From the NCBI GenBank assembly GCA_963682135.1, contig OY821645.1, positions 1,984,001 to 2,048,000 on the forward strand: a stretch of 64,000 bases of DNA, in the 5' to 3' direction. The DNA is from Methanothrix sp. Its GTDB lineage: Archaea; Halobacteriota; Methanosarcinia; Methanotrichales; Methanotrichaceae. Below are positions 39,074-51,055 of this stretch, piece after piece (position 1 is the stretch's first letter; each line of letters starts with the position of its first letter). The translations under genes were made by a program, and so were the position numbers. The notes under the pieces are model-generated. The model was not told the origin of the DNA. It saw nothing but the letters and a program-made list of their open reading frames with translations, and made no database searches.

Positions 39074-39850
39074 TCATCGCTTCGAACTCTTGCAGTTTCC
39101 TCCCAAGAGGCAGACGATCCCCGCGGCAAGAAGAACGGCGATGATGCCCGTCAGGAAGATGCCGTCGAAGACTCCCGCTCCACCGATGGATAGAGTCAAA
39201 GGCCTGGTCTGGTGCAGCTCCAGTGGGGAGAGGGCAGGCAGTATTCCCGGGGTGAGCAGGCTGAGCAGGTCCGCTCCAATCAGTGTTCCCAGAGTGCCGC
39301 TGATGTAGGCCAGGGGCGGAGCGCGGCGAAAGCCGCTCGCCAGGAGCAGGCCCATAGCTGCGGCCAGAAGGGGCGAGAGCCAGACCGGCAGGACAATGCC
39401 CTCGCCTGCGATGGCCTGGGCGGCCCAGTAGGTGATAGCAGCTACCACGGCCATTCCCAGCAGGGCCTTTTTGGGGCTGACCTGGCCGCGCAAGAGAAGA
39501 TGAGCGGAGATGAGCAGAGGTATGATGCACCCCCCCAGGTTGACCGCCAGATAGACGGGATGAAATGTGGTGGCTGCATCTTGGGCGGTCAGGCTCATCA
39601 GAGAAACATACCAATCCGGATAGGATGATATGGGTGCCTCGATGAGCTGAATGTCCACAAGGCTGCCCAGGATGGAGCCGAAGACGGCCAGAGTGGCGTG
39701 CCAGTGGGAGAAGCCCACCATCTCAAAGGCCGTCTCGGAGAGGCGGAGAAAGAGGTAGACGATGATGAGGGGCGCAACCAAGATGAGCAGCAAGATGACG
39801 ACGGTCAGCGGCAGGAAGAGAAGTTCGAACAAGGCAATTAGCACCCGCAA
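39074..39850 (-). CDS. DUF1614 membrane protein
   Basis: LAVNLGGCIIP, PLAYISGTLGTLIGADLL and SIGGAGVFDGIFLTG motifs. Confidence 0.88.
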   Translation of the reverse strand: MRVLIALFELLFLPLTVVILLLILVAPLIIVYLFLRLSETAFEMVGFSHWHATLAVFGSILGSLVDIQLIEAPISSYPDWYVSLMSLTAQDAATTFHPVYLAVNLGGCIIPLLISAHLLLRGQVSPKKALLGMAVVAAITYWAAQAIAGEGIVLPVWLSPLLAAAMGLLLASGFRRAPPLAYISGTLGTLIGADLLSLLTPGILPALSPLELHQTRPLTLSIGGAGVFDGIFLTGIIAVLLAAGIVCLLGGNCKSSKR

Positions 39851-39896
39851 ATGAGTTATCTTTGATAGTTAATAGAGCTTTGCAGGGTGTTTACAG

Positions 39897-40388
39897 ATGA
39901 CCATTCTTACCGGCAGCGAGGCGCAGGGCCTTGTGGAATGCATGATCGACCCAAAGACGCAGACGCAGATGTGCGGCATGGAGTTGACGCTGCAAAAGAT
40001 CGAACGCTTCACCTCCGCCGGAGCGGTAGCTTTTGATAACAATGAGAGAGTGCTGCCTCAGACTGAGCCGATCGAGTTTGATTCATCAGGCTGGATTGCT
40101 TTGCCCGCAGGCTGTTACCTGGTGACCTTCAATGAGATCGTGAACATTCCCAAGGACGCTGCCGCCCTGGCCCGTGCCCGTTCCACTCTCTTGCGCTGCG
40201 GGGCCGGCCTGGAGACGGCCCTCTGGGACCCGGGATACCGGGGACGCAGCCAGAGCCTGCTGGTGGTCTACAATCCCCATGGACTGAGGCTCAAGAAGAA
40301 CGCCCGGCTCATGCAACTGGTATTCCTGCGGCTGGGAAAAGAGGCGGAGACTGTCTATTCTGGGAAGTACCAGGGCGAGAACATCTGA
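39897..40388 (+). CDS. dut: Archaeal trimeric dUTPase
   Basis: Q..G.ELTL, FNEIV.IP, ARSTLLRCG, TALWDPGYRG and terminal YSGKYQGE. Confidence 0.88.
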   Translation: MTILTGSEAQGLVECMIDPKTQTQMCGMELTLQKIERFTSAGAVAFDNNERVLPQTEPIEFDSSGWIALPAGCYLVTFNEIVNIPKDAAALARARSTLLRCGAGLETALWDPGYRGRSQSLLVVYNPHGLRLKKNARLMQLVFLRLGKEAETVYSGKYQGENI

Positions 40389-40416
40389 TTCAAAAAATTA
40401 GACAAACAACTCTGGC

Positions 40417-40959
40417 TTAGCTTATGGCCAGAGTCTTGACGATTTGTGTGGTATTATTCTTATCGAGCAGCGATACCATTACTGCAAAGTTGGGTCCATC
40501 CAGATTCCAGACCGCCATATCGTAGCTGCCGCCGAGTGTGTCAATGCGTGAATCATTGGTGCTCATAGTATGAACGGTCACGTTGTTTCCCTGATGATCT
40601 ATTGCCGTCCAGTTTCCTGTTTCTTCGTCGCCTCTGGCTTTCACCCCTGAAATACCGCCCACCAGGAAAAGCTCGGAGAGTGCACCAGGGCTCAATTTGC
40701 TAAGGTTCTCATCATAAACGCTCAAAACAGATATGAATGTCGCACCGGATGCGTCTGTGTTGTTGATGATGAAATCCTGGCCGACCATTCCGTTTTCGCT
40801 GGTGTTGAATTCGCCTCTAACCATCTCGAAGCTTGGACTCATATCCAGAGAAATAGTCTTTTGCGTGACTGTTAAGAACTTCGATTCCAGGGCAGTGCTG
40901 GGCAAGGCCAGGCAGGCCAGGAGAAGTATGGCCGGTACAAGTGCAGTAAATGGCTTCAT
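40417..40959 (-). CDS. Secreted hypothetical protein (possible PsbP-like fold)
   Basis: Signal peptide MKPFTALVPAILLLACLALPSTA; several N-x-S/T sequons. Confidence 0.75.
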   Translation of the reverse strand: MKPFTALVPAILLLACLALPSTALESKFLTVTQKTISLDMSPSFEMVRGEFNTSENGMVGQDFIINNTDASGATFISVLSVYDENLSKLSPGALSELFLVGGISGVKARGDEETGNWTAIDHQGNNVTVHTMSTNDSRIDTLGGSYDMAVWNLDGPNFAVMVSLLDKNNTTQIVKTLAIS

Positions 40960-41043
40960 TTTTTCACTCCAATACTCTATTTGTGCTTTATGGATTATGA
41001 AGGTATGATATTTATATCAAATGAGTGTAGATCAAAAGCAATT

Positions 41044-41628
41044 ATGGCAGAGAACCTAAAAGCAATTCTGATAGTACTGTTATTCATCAGCTTGGCCCCC
41101 AATGCGTCCGGTCAGGGTTACATGGGCACGGTAAGCACCGGCACAGGAATTATACCCGCCTTAACTGTGGGCAAGAGCCAGATTTCAGGCACCAATGTGG
41201 GCGCGGTATCATCGCAAGCAAACCTCACGGGAAGCTGGTCTCTTGATTTGAAGGGGACCCGCATCAGGCATTTTGATCTACAGATGTATCAGGAGGGTGA
41301 CCTCATTCTTGGTGCGGGACGCAGTCCGGACCAAAGCGTCCCTGCAGTGACAGCGGCCGGATCTGTGGCCGGGAACAGACCGACCATATTCGTATCATTG
41401 ATTGATGGCGGGCAGGTGTTCCGTCTCAAGCTCTCAGTCTCGGGAGAGGCTCTTGCTGGAGAATATGACTGCATCGCTCAAACGCAATCGAGCGAGTCGG
41501 GAACGGTGACTGGTCGCATAACTTTTGCTGCCAAGAGGAGCCCGGCAACGGCTCTTGGCAAGAGCGTCAGTCCCAGTGCAACTGCGGGTGCATGGGTGGG
41601 AAAAGCGGCGCAAAGCATCAACAAATGA
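41044..41628 (+). CDS. Secreted hypothetical protein with a small beta-barrel domain
   Basis: Signal peptide after Met 41044; GSWSLDL..L.MYQ..ILG.G domain paralogous to 61567-62253. Confidence 0.72.
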   Translation: MAENLKAILIVLLFISLAPNASGQGYMGTVSTGTGIIPALTVGKSQISGTNVGAVSSQANLTGSWSLDLKGTRIRHFDLQMYQEGDLILGAGRSPDQSVPAVTAAGSVAGNRPTIFVSLIDGGQVFRLKLSVSGEALAGEYDCIAQTQSSESGTVTGRITFAAKRSPATALGKSVSPSATAGAWVGKAAQSINK

Positions 41629-41662
41629 GGGATTCAAGACGATAGATCCGTTCACGAGAGAG

Positions 41663-42172
41663 TTGTTCCTGACGAGAGGAGTCACTGCGTTGCTGGTTAT
41701 ACTGCTTGCTGTCAGCTCTCCAACAGCAGCCAAGTGTTGTTCATTGGGCGGCGGAGCATCCTACGACTTTCTGGGGGACCCGGCCATGGACATCGGTATG
41801 AATAGCTATGATCAATTCCTCAGTGAGGAGTATCCTGTCAGCGTTGCAGCAGCAACAGATGTGAAAGAAGCGGCATCAAGCCAGATCCGTCTGAATCTGT
41901 CAAATAATAGCAGCATCGATCTCCTTCTTACATTGGCCGGGGGAAGCCTTCTTGGCAAGGGAAATGTGACTTCTGGCAATGCTACCATGCCGGCAGAGGC
42001 TGTGGGACAGCTTCTCGGAAACAAACTTTCTCTTGATGTAACTGCCTTGAGCGGGGAGATCTATAAAATGAGTCTGGCAGCAGAAGGCAGCAGCATTCTG
42101 GGAGACTATAGCATGACCATGCCTGATGGAGAACGACAGAACGCAACTGCAGAAGGAAAATGGGTGACTTGA
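41663..42172 (+). CDS. Secreted hypothetical protein, same beta-barrel family
   Basis: Hydrophobic signal (VTALLVILLAVSSPTAA) follows a probable TTG start at 41663; alternating beta pattern aligns with its neighbour. Confidence 0.62.
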   Translation: MFLTRGVTALLVILLAVSSPTAAKCCSLGGGASYDFLGDPAMDIGMNSYDQFLSEEYPVSVAAATDVKEAASSQIRLNLSNNSSIDLLLTLAGGSLLGKGNVTSGNATMPAEAVGQLLGNKLSLDVTALSGEIYKMSLAAEGSSILGDYSMTMPDGERQNATAEGKWVT

Positions 42173-42220
42173 AGCATCTGTGGGGCGCCCTGCTCCTGTC
42201 GTTTGCATTCTGATAAAATT

Positions 42221-43567
42221 TTACATTTCTCCTGTCTTCGATCCCGGGGAAAATCTCTTCATAAGGCGCTTCATATTCATCTTGCCAGCCCCGCCTCTCA
42301 TGCCTTTGATCGCCTTTTGCATGGCCTGATGGGACTTGAGAAGCTCACGAACCACCTCCGGAGTGGCGCCGCTGCCTCGGGATATGCGCTTGATACGTGA
42401 GGCGGTTATTATTTTAGGGTCCTCCAGCTCGTTGGCAGTCATGGAGTCCATGATCACCCGGTACTTGTCCAGGCGGTCTTTGGTCATCTGATACTCTTTA
42501 TCAGAGAGTTCCAGTCCCAGGCCGCCCATGGGCAGCATCTGCATGATCTGCTTTAGGGGTCCCAGCTTGTTCATAGCCTCCATCTGGTGGTACATATCTT
42601 TCAGGGTGAACTTGCCCCGCATGAGCGACTCAACGTCCACCTGGGTATCGGTCTGCACCTCCTGGGCTCTCTCGATAAGCGTCTTGATGTCGCCCATGCC
42701 CAGCATGCGGGATATGAATCGGTCCGCTTCGAATTTTTCCAGGTCGGTAGGCGTCTCGCCCATGCCAATGAAGGCCACGGAGGTCTTGGTCTCAGCCACT
42801 GCGGAGAGCGCTCCCCCGCCCTTGGCTGTACCGTCGAGCTTGGTGATGATGACGCCCGTGATCTGTACCGCTTCGTTAAAGGCGCGCGCCTGTTCGGAAG
42901 CCTGCTGGCCCAAGGCGGCGTCCATCACCAGCAATTTTTGCTCGGCATTGACCACGGCGTGAATGTCCTTCATCTCCTGGATCAGATCGCCCTCCAGGGC
43001 ATGCCTGCCGGCCGTATCGACGATGCGAATGTCATACTTCTTGGCAATCTCCAGGCCGGCCTTGGCTACAGCAGGTGCATCGGGGTTGCCCTTGTCCCCG
43101 TAAAAAAAGACTCCCTGTCTCTCGCAGAGTGCCTTTAGCTGATCATAGGCTCCGGCGCGAAAGGTATCGGCACAGATGACTGCCGTTCGCAGCCCCTTTC
43201 GCTGGAAGAAGGTGGCAAGTTTCGCTGCGGTGGTGGTCTTTCCCGATCCTTGCAGTCCCACAAGCATGATGTTCTGTTTTTTCAGGGGAATGTCAGAGCC
43301 GCGGCCTACCAGGTTGATCAGCTCCTGATAGACGATATTGATGACGTGCTCGCGCGGGTTCATGCCCGCAGCCGGCTTTTCATTTAGGGCTCTCTCTTTG
43401 ATGGTGGTGGAGAGCTGCATCACCAGCTTGACATTCACATCTGCCTGCAGAAGCGCCCGCTGAATCTCCCGCACGGCATCGTCTACTAAAGCCTTATCTA
43501 TCTTATTCGCCGACGCAATCTTTTTTAGAGCGTTACGCAGCGATCCGCCTAAGTTTTCCAGGACCAT
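42221..43567 (-). CDS. srp54: Signal recognition particle protein SRP54
   Basis: [42 protein letters not shown] and M-domain [11 protein letters not shown]. Confidence 0.97.
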   Translation of the reverse strand: MVLENLGGSLRNALKKIASANKIDKALVDDAVREIQRALLQADVNVKLVMQLSTTIKERALNEKPAAGMNPREHVINIVYQELINLVGRGSDIPLKKQNIMLVGLQGSGKTTTAAKLATFFQRKGLRTAVICADTFRAGAYDQLKALCERQGVFFYGDKGNPDAPAVAKAGLEIAKKYDIRIVDTAGRHALEGDLIQEMKDIHAVVNAEQKLLVMDAALGQQASEQARAFNEAVQITGVIITKLDGTAKGGGALSAVAETKTSVAFIGMGETPTDLEKFEADRFISRMLGMGDIKTLIERAQEVQTDTQVDVESLMRGKFTLKDMYHQMEAMNKLGPLKQIMQMLPMGGLGLELSDKEYQMTKDRLDKYRVIMDSMTANELEDPKIITASRIKRISRGSGATPEVVRELLKSHQAMQKAIKGMRGGAGKMNMKRLMKRFSPGSKTGEM

Positions 43568-43598
43568 AGTGCTTCAGGCATGAGGAGGCGGGCAAACC

Positions 43599-43607
43599 AT
43601 ATAAAAA
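43599..43607 (-). promoter_or_regulatory. TATA box of srp54
   Basis: Minus strand TTTTTATAT about 32 nt upstream of the ATG. Confidence 0.55.
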
Positions 43608-43706
43608 TGTTCCTTGCAGAAATCTCCCTTGCCGAAAAAAAAGGTTGCCCACAGATGGAAAAATAGCCTGAAAAAAAAATGGAAACGCAGGTGGCAATAC
43701 CACTGC

Positions 43707-45623
43707 TCAGTCAGGCATTTTTAGGGATTGTCTCTGCAAAATCACGCCACCCCTTGCCAATTCTGCCAATAATCCATTCGCTTGGATGATGTCTTCCTTG
43801 GCCACATCCTTGAATAGGTCTTCGTAAGCCTTTGACAACTCAGCCGGCTTGCCGGCCTCCAATGAGATTGTATCATTCTCCTTAAAGTCTCCAAAGACCA
43901 CCCTTCCCTCCAATAAGGTAGTCAACACTTCCGCTCTGTTGATTTCTTCGGGTGGCAGCTTGAACAGGTTTCTATCAATCACTATCAAATCAGCCAATTT
44001 GCCAACTTCCAGAGATCCGGTCTCGTTCTCCATGAAGCTGGCATACGCTCCGTTGATTGTGGCGCATTCGATCATCGTCTTGAGATCGACCTTTTCCTCC
44101 GGCCAATAAGGTTTAGTGATATTGCTGTACGTCGGCAATGGAAGCCTGGTCACCCCCGTCTTGATCTCATCCAGCGGATTGATTGTAGGATAGTCTCCGC
44201 AGGCAGGGAAGTCGGTTCCAATAGCAACGATCGCACCGTTATCAATGAAGCTCTTCATGGGCATCATGTGCTCTGCTCTCCCTTTCCCCAGGTATGGAAG
44301 ATTATTCTGCTCATAGGTTGCGTCATAGTAGAACCAGTTGGGAGATGGCACGGGAATGACGCCCAGGGCATTAAAGCGCGGCAGGTCTTCTGGCGATACA
44401 ATCACTACATGAGCAATCTTATGCCGGGAGTCCCTCTTGCCGTTCTTCTCCATAGCTCTTTGGTAGGCATCAAGGGCCATCCGGACTGCACCATCTCCAA
44501 TGGCATGTATTTCAATCTGAAATCCGGCTTTATCCAGAGCGTTTATGGTATCATTGAATGTCTCCGGCTTCCAGATGGGTGACGACTTGAATCCGGGGCG
44601 ATCGATATAAGGCTCCAGAAGCAAGGCAGTATGACCCTCAACAACACCATCCAACAATAGCTTTGCCGTCTTCACCTGCACGAGGTCTGACGAATAGTTT
44701 TTTCTCTCTACAATCAGATCTGAGACCTGATTCACACCAAGGCTGGCGTCGCATAACTGCTCTCCTCTAATTCTAACGTCGAGCTTTCCTTCTTTATCCA
44801 GATTTGAGTATGCTTTCATCATGCTTTCGTCGAAGACACCGGAATCCTGGACGGTCGTAATCCCAAATCCTTTGGCTATATCCAGTATTCTCGTCATGCC
44901 CTGTTTAATCTCATCTTCACTAATGGGCGCAAGCTTAGCAATGATTAGGGCCGCAGCAGATGTCTCTCTTAGGGTCCCGGAGGGATTGCCCAGCGAATCG
45001 CGCTCAATAATGCCGCCCGCGGGATCTGGTGTCATATTGGTGATGCCTGCCATCTCCAGGGCCTTGGAATTGGCCCAGGCGGAATGACCATCTAGGGCAA
45101 AAAGAATCACTGGCTTATCGGGGACAATCGAATCAATGAGTTCTTTTGTCGGTCCTTTTGCACCAAATGCTGGATAGTTCCAGCCAAATCCACGGATAAC
45201 CCTGGAATCAGGATTTTTCGATGCGTATTCCTTTATCAATTTCAGATAACCGTCGCTGGTTGTGGCATTAAACAGGCTCACTCCTGCCAAAAGAAGTGCC
45301 GCGCCGCTTGGATGCGTATGGGCCTCAATGAATCCAGGCAAAACCATCTTGCCGGCAAGGTCTACTATTCTGGTCTTTGAGCCGATGATATCCAAAGCTT
45401 CCGAATCATTGCCCACATAGACGATTCTCTTACCAGCTACAGCTAGGATTTGTTGTGGCTGTTTATCCCAATCAACCTTTCCATTTACGGTATAAATAGT
45501 CCCGTTAAGCAATAACAGGTCAGCTTCATTATTATCAGACGCGTATACCGCAGTTATGATCAACGAAAAAAAAAATGCCAGAAACAACGTTGTCAGAAGC
45601 AGAGCCTTATGACCTATCCTCAT
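43707..45623 (-). CDS. YtcJ-like metal-dependent amidohydrolase (Amidohydro_3) with a signal peptide
   Basis: LPGFIEAHTH, DGHSAWANS, K..LDG, HAIGD, IAH, GTDFP and GSLEVGKLADL motifs; hydrophobic N-terminus. Confidence 0.9.
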   Translation of the reverse strand: MRIGHKALLLTTLFLAFFFSLIITAVYASDNNEADLLLLNGTIYTVNGKVDWDKQPQQILAVAGKRIVYVGNDSEALDIIGSKTRIVDLAGKMVLPGFIEAHTHPSGAALLLAGVSLFNATTSDGYLKLIKEYASKNPDSRVIRGFGWNYPAFGAKGPTKELIDSIVPDKPVILFALDGHSAWANSKALEMAGITNMTPDPAGGIIERDSLGNPSGTLRETSAAALIIAKLAPISEDEIKQGMTRILDIAKGFGITTVQDSGVFDESMMKAYSNLDKEGKLDVRIRGEQLCDASLGVNQVSDLIVERKNYSSDLVQVKTAKLLLDGVVEGHTALLLEPYIDRPGFKSSPIWKPETFNDTINALDKAGFQIEIHAIGDGAVRMALDAYQRAMEKNGKRDSRHKIAHVVIVSPEDLPRFNALGVIPVPSPNWFYYDATYEQNNLPYLGKGRAEHMMPMKSFIDNGAIVAIGTDFPACGDYPTINPLDEIKTGVTRLPLPTYSNITKPYWPEEKVDLKTMIECATINGAYASFMENETGSLEVGKLADLIVIDRNLFKLPPEEINRAEVLTTLLEGRVVFGDFKENDTISLEAGKPAELSKAYEDLFKDVAKEDIIQANGLLAELARGGVILQRQSLKMPD

Positions 45624-45784
45624 TTTCGTACCTCAAAATTGCCATCTGTTTGATCAAGAGACCAATTATAACGAACTTGTTCTCTTTATAATTCATTATA
45701 TTTGTATGAATCAATTATATATCCTTTCGGAAGTTCCAAAGTTAGAAAGAATGCATTCAATTAGGAATGCCTCCGATATGTATG

Positions 45785-45954
45785 CTAGTACAGCCGCGCC
45801 TGAATAGAGCCATGATTGTGAGTGGATAATGTGCCTTTGTGAACGGCTGATCGTTCTTCGCGCCTTCGTGGCTTCGCGTGAGATTTAACCGGGTCCTGTT
45901 TCACGCGAAGCCGCGAAGTAAAAACATTGGTTTATTTCGTCCTTACTGTACTAG
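45785..45954. mobile_element. Candidate 170-bp MITE with CTAGTACAG/CTGTACTAG ends enclosing palindrome copy 2
   Basis: Perfect 9-bp terminal inverted repeat that extends imperfectly to about 30 bp; CTAG at both ends; internal hairpin at 45864-45918; no coding capacity. Confidence 0.5.
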
Positions 45955-46126
45955 AAAGATTGAGCCGCGCACAGTTGTGCGCCGAAAATTCGACTCGCCT
46001 CGTAGGGTGTCGACCATAAGAGTACCAGCGTGACCCGTCCTCGCATCTCAGGCCGAAACCGGAAGGCAATCTTTATAGGGGATGACATCTTCACCAGGGT
46101 TGCGGCGCAAGGGATGCGCCCAACCG

Positions 46127-46140
46127 ATAAAGGTTTAAGT
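46127..46140 (+). promoter_or_regulatory. BRE/TATA promoter of tRNA-Cys
   Basis: ataaagg-tttaagt about 35 nt upstream of the mature tRNA. Confidence 0.55.
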
Positions 46141-46174
46141 CAGATCGACAATCTTATCGGACGCCAACACACTT

Positions 46175-46246
46175 GCCAAGGTGGCGGAGCGGCTACGCAA
46201 ATGCCTGCAGAGCATTACCACTCCGGTTCGAATCCGGACCTTGGCT
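46175..46246 (+). tRNA. tRNA-Cys (GCA)
   Basis: Acceptor GCCAAGG/CCTTGGC+T, anticodon arm AATGC-CTGCAGA-GCATT and T arm TCCGGTTCGAATCCGGA. Confidence 0.97.
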
Positions 46247-46427
46247 TAAATAATTTGGTGCTGCAATTCTGTGTGACACTCTTCTTATAATTTTTGAGGA
46301 AACTCTGCTCTGAGCCAACCTTGTTTGTCCTCGATGACGGGATGAATAATTCCCTCGTATTATTCTCATCATTCCAGTATGGGGCATTGCATCAAATGTT
46401 TTGATAAAAATTTAGATATATTTCAGG

Positions 46428-46481
46428 GAAAAGCTTATATCGTCTCAGGTTATTTCGTTACAGTCCTAATTATTCAGGAGG
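46428..46481 (+). promoter_or_regulatory. BRE/TATA promoter and RBS of gyrBA
   Basis: gaaaag-cttatat at 46428-46440 and aggagg at 46476-46481 before the TTG at 46493. Confidence 0.6.
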
Positions 46482-46486
46482 CTTAA

Positions 46487-48385
<1,899 letters not shown>

Positions 48386-48400
48386 TGTCTGATAATTGAG

Positions 48401-50800
48401 GTGGCTTTGACAGAAGTATTGGTTAACATCACTGAGGAGATGAAATCCTCCTACATTGATTATGCTATGAGTGTGATTGTGAGTCGAGCCTTGCCAGACG
48501 TGCGCGATGGCCTCAAGCCCGTTCATCGGCGCATACTCTATGCCATGAATGAGCAAGGCATGACCCACGACCAGCCCTACAAGAAATCGGCGCGTGTGGT
48601 GGGAGATGTCATGGGTAAGTACCATCCCCACGGGGATGCGGCTATCTATGAAACAATGGTGCGCATGGCCCAGCCATTCTCCATGCGATACCCCCTCATC
48701 GACGGCCAGGGAAACTTCGGTTCCGTCGATGGAGATCCGGCTGCAGCCATGCGTTACACTGAGGTTCGCCTCTCCAAGATCGCCGAAGAGATGCTGGTGG
48801 ATATTGAGAAGAACACAGTGGACTTTATCCCCAATTATGACGGCTCGCTGAAAGAGCCCGTTGTGCTGCCGGCAAAGCTGCCCGATCTACTCCTCAACGG
48901 TTCCAGTGGCATTGCCGTGGGCATGGCCACCAATATTCCGCCCCATAACCTGACGGAGCTATGCGGTGCCATCATTCACCTCATCGACGAGCCCCAGGCG
49001 TCGCTTTCTGAGCTAATGCACATCTTGCCAGGGCCCGACTTTCCCACCGGCGCCTACATCGTGGGCCGGGCAGGAATTGAGGCCGCCTATCAAACCGGCA
49101 AGGGCAGCATTCTGATGAAGGCCAAGTCGGAGATTGAGGAAGGGACGAGAAGCACAAAGCTCGTCTTTACACAGCTGCCCTACCAGGTCAATAAGGCCAA
49201 GCTAATCGAGGATATGGCAGAGATGGTCAAAGGCGGTCGTCTGGAGGGTATATCCGATCTGCGGGACGAGTCGGATAGGGACGGCATTCGCATGGTGGTG
49301 GAGGTCAAGAGCGGATTTAATGTTCACGTGGTATTAAATCAACTGTATAAACACACGGCTCTTCAGACCAGCTTCGGCATCAACAATATGGTCCTAATAG
49401 ACGGTCTGCCCAAGATCGCCTCTTTGAAGGAGACCCTGGAGAATTATATCCACTACCGAACGCTAGTGATTGAGAGGCGCACCAGATTCGAGCTTGATGC
49501 TGCCGAGAAGAGGGCTCATATCCTGGCGGGTCTGCTCATCGCTCTGCGCAACATCGATGAGGTAATAAGAATAATCAAAGCTGCGCATTCTCCCGTAGAG
49601 GCAAGAGATGCCCTGATTGAGGCCTTCTTACTCAGCGAGGAGCAGGCCAAGGCTATTTTGGATATGAGGCTGCAGCGGCTCACCGGTCTCGAGCAGGAGA
49701 AGATAGTCTCCGAGGCGGCTGACCTCGAAAAGCTCATTGCCAAATTGAGGAAGATCCTCGCTAGCAACCTGGAGATCTTGAGCATCATCAAGGAAGAACT
49801 GACATATCTCATCGATACCTACGGGGATGAGCGGCGCACTCAAATCATCGAGGCGGAGGGCGAGGTTTCCCGGGAGGATCTCATACAGGAGGAGGAGGTG
49901 GCGGTTACTATCACCTCTTCCGGGTACATCAAACGCCAGCCCCTTACGGCTTACCGCATGCAGCGGCGCGGTGGGCGGGGAGTCATTGGAGCTGAGACCA
50001 AGAGCGAGGAATTTGTAACCGACGTCTTTACCGCCTCCACCAAGGATTATCTGCTCTTCTTCACAGACAAGGGCAAGTCCCACTGGCTCAAGGTATATGA
50101 GGTTCCATCCCTGGGAAGGGCAACTCGGGGCAAGTCCATTGTCAATCTTCTGCAACTGGAGCCTGATGAGAAGATCACGGGCGCAATACCAGTGAAGAGC
50201 TTTGATTCGGGTTTCATAATCCTTGTGACCCGAGCCGGCAGCATTGTCAAGATGCCTTTGCAGGCATTTTCCAATCCGAGAAAGGGCGGTATCAAGGCCG
50301 TAAACCTGAAAGGAGACAGCTTGGTCTCGGCCAAGCTCACGGACGGAAGCAAGGAGCTGTTGGTGGCCACAAAGTTTGGCAAAGCCATCCGCTTCAAGGA
50401 GGATGATGTGCGTGCCTCCAATCGTGGCACCATGGGTGTGAAGGCCATCAGCCTGAACATGGGAGATGAGCTCATCAGCATGGATGTAATCCGGCCTAGC
50501 GCTAATTTCACATTGCTCACCATTACCAATCAGGGCTATGGCAAAAGGACTGAGCTGGAGGAGTATCCCCAGCAGAGGCGCGGTGGCAAGGGCGTCAAGA
50601 ACATCGATGCCCGAAAGGGTTTCGTCTGCTGCACAACCACTGTTTCTGAAGACGATGAGCTGCTGGTCACCACCAAGGACGGAGTGGTGATCCGAATTCC
50701 GGCCAGCGAGATACGGGTGCAGGGTCGTTCCACGCAGGGCGTGCGCATCATGAATGTCAAGCCGGGCGATGAGGTGTCGGCGGTGGCCAGGATTACCTGA
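48401..50800 (+). CDS. gyrA: DNA gyrase subunit A
   Basis: [21 protein letters not shown], catalytic AAMRYTE, GyrA-box QRRGGRG and C-terminal pinwheel repeats. Confidence 0.98.
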   Translation: MALTEVLVNITEEMKSSYIDYAMSVIVSRALPDVRDGLKPVHRRILYAMNEQGMTHDQPYKKSARVVGDVMGKYHPHGDAAIYETMVRMAQPFSMRYPLIDGQGNFGSVDGDPAAAMRYTEVRLSKIAEEMLVDIEKNTVDFIPNYDGSLKEPVVLPAKLPDLLLNGSSGIAVGMATNIPPHNLTELCGAIIHLIDEPQASLSELMHILPGPDFPTGAYIVGRAGIEAAYQTGKGSILMKAKSEIEEGTRSTKLVFTQLPYQVNKAKLIEDMAEMVKGGRLEGISDLRDESDRDGIRMVVEVKSGFNVHVVLNQLYKHTALQTSFGINNMVLIDGLPKIASLKETLENYIHYRTLVIERRTRFELDAAEKRAHILAGLLIALRNIDEVIRIIKAAHSPVEARDALIEAFLLSEEQAKAILDMRLQRLTGLEQEKIVSEAADLEKLIAKLRKILASNLEILSIIKEELTYLIDTYGDERRTQIIEAEGEVSREDLIQEEEVAVTITSSGYIKRQPLTAYRMQRRGGRGVIGAETKSEEFVTDVFTASTKDYLLFFTDKGKSHWLKVYEVPSLGRATRGKSIVNLLQLEPDEKITGAIPVKSFDSGFIILVTRAGSIVKMPLQAFSNPRKGGIKAVNLKGDSLVSAKLTDGSKELLVATKFGKAIRFKEDDVRASNRGTMGVKAISLNMGDELISMDVIRPSANFTLLTITNQGYGKRTELEEYPQQRRGGKGVKNIDARKGFVCCTTTVSEDDELLVTTKDGVVIRIPASEIRVQGRSTQGVRIMNVKPGDEVSAVARIT

Positions 50801-50862
50801 GGCATATCGCCATATTTTTTAGATAATCTCCGGGCCCGACTCTTCGAAAGGTGCCGCATGCC

Positions 50863-50903
50863 GGCGGGGCGAAGGTCAATGTCGTCCCCGCCTTCTCTCC
50901 TTC
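50863..50903 (+). terminator. Possible terminator hairpin after gyrA
   Basis: ggcgggg-cga...tcg-t-ccccgcc stem followed by a pyrimidine run. Confidence 0.4.
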
Positions 50904-50924
50904 GCAAAGCTTCACTCCGGCTTT

Positions 50925-51043
50925 CCAATAGCATCACTCTTGGTTCTATTTTATATTTTACTATTGGGGGAATCGTTATGAACGACTACAGTCAATGGGA
51001 TGGTGCCGCTTCACCCAAGCCGCCTGTGAGAGCTGACTGTTGA
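50925..51043 (+). pseudogene. Relic of a kinase 3' end plus an internally deleted receiver gene
   Basis: GSILYFTIGG resembles GATFYFTLVG (end of 52987-56559). The mini-ORF 50978-51043 MNDY...KPPVRADC* mirrors the start and end of 56556-57026 (MNDY...QPPLNTNR*). Confidence 0.6.
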
Positions 51044-51055
51044 TGAGGATTAGCT

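Noticed and set aside
37104-46246. tRNA-Leu or tRNA-Cys as integration sites with att duplications
   Set aside because: I saw no repeat of either tRNA 3' end and no integrase gene in the window.
46030-46387. ORFs 46030-46290 (+) and 46193-46387 (-), and an AT-rich stem near 46341-46370
   Set aside because: The ORFs overlap tRNA-Cys and lack motifs; the stem is weak and bulged.
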